Of a stretch of DNA of 64,000 nucleotides, positions 58,409 through 64,000 are shown piece by piece. Position numbers and translations under genes: made by a program. This DNA comes from an uncultured delta proteobacterium (GTDB taxonomy: Bacteria; Desulfobacterota; BSN033; UBA1163): NCBI GenBank assembly GCA_963827685.1, contig CAWHBU010000002.1, forward strand, positions 992,001 to 1,056,000. The letters are read 5' to 3'. The notes under the pieces were generated by a model. The model did no database searches, was not told where the DNA came from, and saw nothing but the letters and a program-made list of their open reading frames with translations. Positions within the stretch are counted from its first letter, which is position 1. Every line of letters starts with the position of its first letter.

Positions 58409-59200
58409 ATGAATATTCAACAGGTGTTAAAAAATATCAAAAATGAATTTGAAACAGCCATAAGGACATCAAGCTTTGCCGGTAATCGATACTTGAATGG
58501 CAATAAAGCAAAAGAAGCTCTTATTAGATCACAAAGGCTTATCAACTATCTTCACAACATAATTAAGAATGAATTTATGAAATGCGGAGTTAATCCTAAT
58601 AAGTTATATCCTCGGTTAAATTTAACAAAGCCTGAAATTTCAATTGAAGGTTTTTTGAAAAGGAAAAATCAAGACATATGCATTGTTCCAAATGATGGAA
58701 TAATAAAAACCCAATCTGGAATGGAAAAGGTACTCACAGTAAACGTTCGAAGCCAATTAAGTAGTTTAAAAAAGAATATTGACACACTTTATGAAAGAAC
58801 TTTTGCTGAGGCTTTAAATTTACATCTGAAATACCAGAAACAATGTTTGGGAGAAGTTTATTTGATCCCCACTCATGAGTATGATGATAAAGCAATGGTT
58901 GATAATCGTATTTTATTTAAAAATGTCTCCAATATTTCTGATTATTTGAAAATGTTTCAAGCAATCAATAACAGAATTGATTATAAAAAAGATGCGTATA
59001 AATATGAAAGAGTTTGCTTGTTAATAGTTGATTTTAGGCAGGCATCACCCATATTATACTCAAATATCAAAGACCTTATAAACGATCGGTTAGTCCCCAA
59101 AAATATTAAATTCACCTTAGATTATTTGACATTCAGTAATTTTGCAAATGATATGCTTTCTATTTATTCTAAAAGGTTTAATATCCATGATATTTATTAA
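58409..59200 (+). CDS. Putative type II restriction endonuclease
   Basis: AT-rich ORF between C gene and convergent MTase; QDICIV..NVRSQ nuclease-like core (inference from context). Confidence 0.6.
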   Translation: MNIQQVLKNIKNEFETAIRTSSFAGNRYLNGNKAKEALIRSQRLINYLHNIIKNEFMKCGVNPNKLYPRLNLTKPEISIEGFLKRKNQDICIVPNDGIIKTQSGMEKVLTVNVRSQLSSLKKNIDTLYERTFAEALNLHLKYQKQCLGEVYLIPTHEYDDKAMVDNRILFKNVSNISDYLKMFQAINNRIDYKKDAYKYERVCLLIVDFRQASPILYSNIKDLINDRLVPKNIKFTLDYLTFSNFANDMLSIYSKRFNIHDIY

Positions 59201-61047
59201 ATTCTTATTTTATATTTCTTTATGAGAAACTTATCAATCTCGCCTTTATCGTTTACTTTTTTTAAATATTCTATTTCTTCATGTGAAATATTCGGGACCC
59301 CAAAAAGTTCAATAAAATTTTTCTGATAGCACGGATACCCACCTTCAATTGAAACACTTGTCCTAGCAATGTAGTATTCCATTACTTTTGAATTTAGTAT
59401 TTTTGAAATTAAATCTAAATTTAACCACTTATTAGAAAACAAGTCTTTTTCTTCTTTCAGATAGATTGCATATCCATTACAAAAAAGTGCTTCTGGATTT
59501 TTCTCATATAAGAATCTTGGCTTTGAACTAAAAGTTGGGGTTAATAATTTTTGACCCAAGAAATTAAGCCCCTGGGTTCTTCCATAGGCATACCAGTTTG
59601 GGTTGTCAATTTTACCTTTATCTCTATTTGACAACTCTTCTTTCGCAGCCAGCAAATATTTGTAGCATTCCTGATACTTAGATTTAAGCTCTTCTTCAGA
59701 TATTATCTCAACTTTGCCATCAGTTTTCTTGTAAGGATAAATTATGCGTCTAGTATTATTACCTAAGTCTTTTTGTGTTTTAAAATCTGATATTTTTGCA
59801 ATTGGTTTAGTAACTTCCGCCTCGATCAAATATATTTTACCATTATAATATTTTTTATAATATCCATCCTCGTAAGTTGTGCCTTCTATAAAATATAAGG
59901 AATCCTTTAACGTTGCTATTCCAACCCGGATATCGAACATATTTCCAAGCTTAATGCCCGTGTTTTCAATTTTTTTAATATTTTCCTGCTCCCCTATCCT
60001 TAGAAGTCTCCATTTCTTATTATTCAAAGCTGAGAAATAAATAGTTGAATAAGTTAATTTGTTTAAATCAGCTAGCGCTTCCAAATTCTCTATTCTTTCA
60101 TACAAGAAATTGTCTTTCTTCACTTTATTTAATAAAGTAATGCAGGTATAAGTCTGCACATCAAATACCTTTAAGTAATCGAAGTCTATTATTTTGTACA
60201 AATATTTGTTTTGAGCTAAAAATTCCCTTAAATGAAAGCCAGCCAAGGAAGTAAAGTAGTTATTGGGGGTTATGTAAGCTAGATTCCCGTCACTTTTTAA
60301 AATCTTAGTGCCTAATTCGAAGAATGCAAAATAGAGGTTATAATTACCTTTTTTTAAAGTTAGCCAATTTTCATATAATTTTTTTCTTAATTTATTGGGT
60401 AAATCCTGAAACTTTACGTAAGGCGGGTTTCCAATTACGATATCAAATCCTCCTTTTGTAAATATTTCGGGAAATAATATTTTCCAGTCGGTTTCTAGAC
60501 TGTCATTTTGCTGTATATTGAAAGAAATATCTTTAACATCTTCATTCTTCTCCAAAGCTAGCAAAGTTAAGAGAACCTTAGCTCTTCGCACACTGTAATC
60601 AGCTATGTCTACCCCATATAGATTATTTTCGATTATTTTTACCATCCTTCCCCCGAAATCTGAATAGATTTTATTTGCTGCTTCAATTAGGAAGGCACCA
60701 CATCCACAACTAGGGTCACAAATATTTAAACTCTTAGATTTTACTGTTTCATTAACAATAAACCTGGTTATTGAATGCGGGGTAAAAAAAGATCCGTTAA
60801 TCTTTTTGTCTTCATCTGCAATAAGCAACTCAAAAACCTTAACTAAATCGTAAATATTAATTTTTTTAAAATAACTTGAAATAACTTTTTCAATCTCGAT
60901 AATCCTCTCATTCCGGGTTTTAATAAATGAGTTAATTAGCAGGTTATTCTCCACAACGATAGCATTTTTGGTAACATAATAAATAACAAAGGCTGTTTCG
61001 ATATCTCTTGCGATAAATTTATCTTTTAGTTCTTCTATAATTCTCAT
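59197..61047 (-). CDS. N6-adenine DNA methyltransferase (gamma class, TaqI/Eco57I-like)
   Basis: GSFFTP, DPSCGCGAF, FDIVIGNPPY, WYAYGRTQ TRD. Confidence 0.92.
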   Translation of the reverse strand: MRIIEELKDKFIARDIETAFVIYYVTKNAIVVENNLLINSFIKTRNERIIEIEKVISSYFKKINIYDLVKVFELLIADEDKKINGSFFTPHSITRFIVNETVKSKSLNICDPSCGCGAFLIEAANKIYSDFGGRMVKIIENNLYGVDIADYSVRRAKVLLTLLALEKNEDVKDISFNIQQNDSLETDWKILFPEIFTKGGFDIVIGNPPYVKFQDLPNKLRKKLYENWLTLKKGNYNLYFAFFELGTKILKSDGNLAYITPNNYFTSLAGFHLREFLAQNKYLYKIIDFDYLKVFDVQTYTCITLLNKVKKDNFLYERIENLEALADLNKLTYSTIYFSALNNKKWRLLRIGEQENIKKIENTGIKLGNMFDIRVGIATLKDSLYFIEGTTYEDGYYKKYYNGKIYLIEAEVTKPIAKISDFKTQKDLGNNTRRIIYPYKKTDGKVEIISEEELKSKYQECYKYLLAAKEELSNRDKGKIDNPNWYAYGRTQGLNFLGQKLLTPTFSSKPRFLYEKNPEALFCNGYAIYLKEEKDLFSNKWLNLDLISKILNSKVMEYYIARTSVSIEGGYPCYQKNFIELFGVPNISHEEIEYLKKVNDKGEIDKFLIKKYKIRI

Positions 61048-61260
61048 AAATTATCCTTTGCTAACTTTTGTATACATCATTTACCTAATCTTTTCAATCT
61101 TTAATTGTTGTTTAATGTAATTCGGACGTAAATTCCAAACTCCTCTGAATAATAATTTGGGTCATCAAATATACTACCTATACGGAGATTAACATTATAC
61201 TTTGCCACAATCACCAACTTATTTACATTAAGATTCACCGAAAACCCTTTGCCTTTCTTC

Positions 61261-62651
61261 TTAACGAATCTCTATTCTTAGCACCTTTTTAGTCTTTTCA
61301 GTAACCTTTACCCGTTCATCGATTCTGTATCCGACGATCCATGTAATCATCTCTCCTGAAATGAGCAGAGGGATTTTCGGTCTTTCAAACCTTGGAACCT
61401 TATGGTCGATAAAGAACTCTTTCAATTTTTGGGTTCCCTTTGCTCCCAATGGATGAAATCGATCGCCCGGTCTGAAATTCCTTATCTTCAATGGAAATTG
61501 AAGACTCCCATAATCCATAAGAGCTCTGTCGGGAGGTCCATTGTAATTTTTGAATTTATCCCGATCCGTCTCCTCAATCACCACCTCTCTTCCGATTTCT
61601 TCGATAAAGGTACGGCCTGGGGAAATGAGTTCAACCTCAAAAGGCAGAAATGGCTTTGCCTCTCCCTTCGTCAATAAAACCATATCATACCGTTTCTCAA
61701 CCCAGATCCCACGGGGGAGCTCTAAAAGGAAACTTGGAGAAGGCTGGCGCAACTGCTGATAAATTTTGTGAATATCTGACCACTCTCCTTCCTCCATGAT
61801 CCTTCCCCAGTCATAAATTCTCCCTAATAGCATCTTGAGGACTCTCCACTGAATAGCCTGAGGAAGGGATTGGTATTCCGAGAATTTGAAAGAAAGGATA
61901 TCCCCCTCCTCCTGGACGACCTTTTGATATGCCGCCCTTGCTCCCTTTTCTAAATAATCATTTTCCTCCCTGAGAATGTGAGACGTCCTCAGGAGGATCT
62001 CTTTGAAATTGGGCTGATACTCTCTCTCCATCAAGGGTATCAGAGCCAGGCGTATTCTATTCCGAAGGTAGTCATGCCTTAGATTCGATGAATCCATTAG
62101 AAAGGGAATCTTTTTTTCTATGGCGAAGGAATGGATTTCCTCTCTCCATACTTCAAGAAGAGGCCGAATCACTCTTCCTTCCCGAATTGGAAGCATTCCT
62201 TTTAACCCCTGTAACCCAGACCCCCTGATCAGTCTCAAGAGGACGGTCTCCACCTGATCATCTGCATGGTGACCGAGTACAATCTTCTGGGCATGGTGCT
62301 TTTGGAGGAGGTCATAAAAGAAATGGAAACGAATCCTTCTGGCTGCATCCTGTGGAGAGAGCCCCCCAGTTTTTGAAATTCCTTCACATTGAATTGCCCA
62401 TATTCAAAGGGTAAACCGAACCGTGCCGCCTCCTTCCGAACCAGGTCGGCTTCTTTTTCTGACTCCTCGGGTCGGAGGCCATGATTGACATGAGCGACAA
62501 TGAGAGAAAGGTCGAACGCTTCGCGGAAGGCATTTAATAAATGGAGGAGGACCATTGAATCCACCCCTGCGGAGACACCCACAATCAACCGATCGCCTCT
62601 TTCTAATAGATGGTAGCGGTCAATGGCCCTTTTGACTTGGTTGAACAACAT
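61261..62651 (-). CDS. tilS: tRNA(Ile)-lysidine synthetase, split by 1-bp deletion at G6 (62362-62367)
   Basis: VSAGVDS, HVNHGLR; after shift GHHADDQVETVLLRLIRG, IRPLL, DSSN..RNRIR, FRPGDRF. Confidence 0.9.
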
Positions 62652-62660
62652 ACCCCACTC

Positions 62661-63146
62661 TTACATCTTCTTATCTCCTAACGGACCGACTTGAATTTCT
62701 ACCACCGTCGTGCCGGTCCATTTTTCAAGAATCTTGATCGTGCAGGTCTTATTGGGTTTTGAGAAATTGAGAATGGACTCTTTCCCCTTAAAACTGTTCA
62801 CCAGTTTCCAATTATCTTTTTCCATATGGTAGTTAAAAAAATCAATTAAGGAGTCTACATCGAGACGCCATTTTGTAAAGACCAAAACACCTGCTTTAAA
62901 TCCGGGGGTCTCATAGATAAAGGATTTATTGGGCTTATAATTTAATTCGCTTGGAACAAGGAGATCATCAAAATAATACTTACCCATCCCCTCCCCTTCT
63001 GCCTTTGCCTCTCCCGCCGCTCCTCCTGCAGGCTGACCCTGTTGGCGCTCTTTAACCGTTGTCGAACAGCCCGTCCATGCCAAACTCAAAAGGATCGGCA
63101 ATAACAAAGCAATCATAGATTTCTTTTCAAAAATCTTTCGTCGCAT
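62661..63146 (-). CDS. Lipoprotein of unknown function
   Basis: LAWTGC lipobox; YFDDLLVPSEL..SFIYETP. Confidence 0.8.
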   Translation of the reverse strand: MRRKIFEKKSMIALLLPILLSLAWTGCSTTVKERQQGQPAGGAAGEAKAEGEGMGKYYFDDLLVPSELNYKPNKSFIYETPGFKAGVLVFTKWRLDVDSLIDFFNYHMEKDNWKLVNSFKGKESILNFSKPNKTCTIKILEKWTGTTVVEIQVGPLGDKKM

Positions 63147-63223
63147 GGTTTTCCTCCTTCAGGATGAAATAAGAGATGATAAAATTTTTTTACCACTACC
63201 CGGTGAGAAAAGCAAGAGGAAAT

Positions 63224-63247
63224 AAAAAAAGGCCCGCATCGCGGGCC
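63224..63247 (-). terminator. Intrinsic terminator
   Basis: ggcccgc-gat-gcgggcc + T7 on minus strand. Confidence 0.8.
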
Positions 63248-63290
63248 ATTGAAGCAGGTCGCCCTGAAAGCCCAAAATCAATCAGTCCAA

Positions 63291-63884
63291 TCAGTGCATC
63301 GCCCCTGAACCGTTGTACCCCCCTTCGCCAGGATAAAAAAGATCGATCATGACATAACCCAACCTTGGGAGATCCCCTTGATCGAAAGGGGCAGATAGTT
63401 TGTACGCATACTGTTCCGGCGTCACCTCGAAAGTAAACGGGAAAACAACTTCGTTACTTTCATTCCCGGCCTTGTCGAATACTGAAACCCTCAAGGCAAT
63501 TCGTGTCCACTCCGGCAGGTACGACGCTCTTGAACTGAAGGTATTCCATTGGATATACCCCTTAAAATGCTTTTGATACTGTGGTTCAAGATAGATCCAA
63601 TCGGTCGGGTAAAGACCATAGCCCACCTCATCTACCACCGAGGCAATCCTCAGCATCTGCCCATCTAGATCTTCTGCCTCGATATAGATCTTCCAGATAT
63701 AACCATAATATCCCTTCTCCACTGCAAAAGCGTGGGTAATAATTGGGGCAGGAGTCCCTGGTCTGGGTTGCATCTCTCCAACATAAGGGAACAGTTGGGT
63801 CCATCCTTGGGAAGGCATAAAAAGGACTAATGTCAACAATAGGCTAACAACATAAAGAGTTTTTCTTGTATTCATGAACTGCAC
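63291..63884 (-). CDS. Exported hypothetical protein
   Basis: signal peptide, GGAGG RBS, 197-aa ORF. Confidence 0.75.
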   Translation of the reverse strand: MQFMNTRKTLYVVSLLLTLVLFMPSQGWTQLFPYVGEMQPRPGTPAPIITHAFAVEKGYYGYIWKIYIEAEDLDGQMLRIASVVDEVGYGLYPTDWIYLEPQYQKHFKGYIQWNTFSSRASYLPEWTRIALRVSVFDKAGNESNEVVFPFTFEVTPEQYAYKLSAPFDQGDLPRLGYVMIDLFYPGEGGYNGSGAMH

Positions 63885-64000
63885 CTCCCTTCATTATATT
63901 AAATATAATATCGAGGAGCATAAATATCAAGGCAGTTAAGAATGGGGGATGGGCTGCGTTAGGCGTCTTGCGCCGATGAGAAATGATAATAATATCAGTC

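Overview
Chromosomal window from an anaerobic Desulfobacterota/deltaproteobacterium-like genome (inferred from gene content). In order it carries: an MSHA-like type IV pilus operon (0.15-16.3 kb, +) headed by a Xis/BldC-like HTH and a two-component pair; a convergent pilin/glycosylation cluster (three pilins, YfhO-type GT-C, methyltransferase, GT2); selenium/molybdenum-hydroxylase accessory genes (xdhC, yqeC, yqeB, MocA-like); bfr; an amidase; DUF3842-cooT-cbiM; modEABC, mobB, moeA; bzdP/Q-like ATPases with a ferredoxin; a long minus-strand run of sulfur-insertion enzymes behind an Rrf2 regulator; an AT-rich type II R-M cassette; and tilS. No rRNA, tRNA, CRISPR or intact transposase was seen. 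Most notable observations: (1) many elements with inverted arms of 6-8 nt tandem repeats, two of which still enclose deleted four-helix-bundle (Avd/IVS-like) genes; (2) such repeats accumulate in-frame in cleavable prepilin leaders (one possibly 177 aa) and inside YfhO; (3) a 20-35 bp palindrome that inserts into other repeats; (4) a duplicated GCCACGAAGGT...GTGGCTTTTTT attenuator-like motif around cooT/cbiM; (5) tandem pilins with an inverted divergence pattern suggesting gene conversion. Three homopolymer frameshifts (modC, thiI-like, tilS) are probably assembly errors. All family calls are by motif recognition only; no searches were run.
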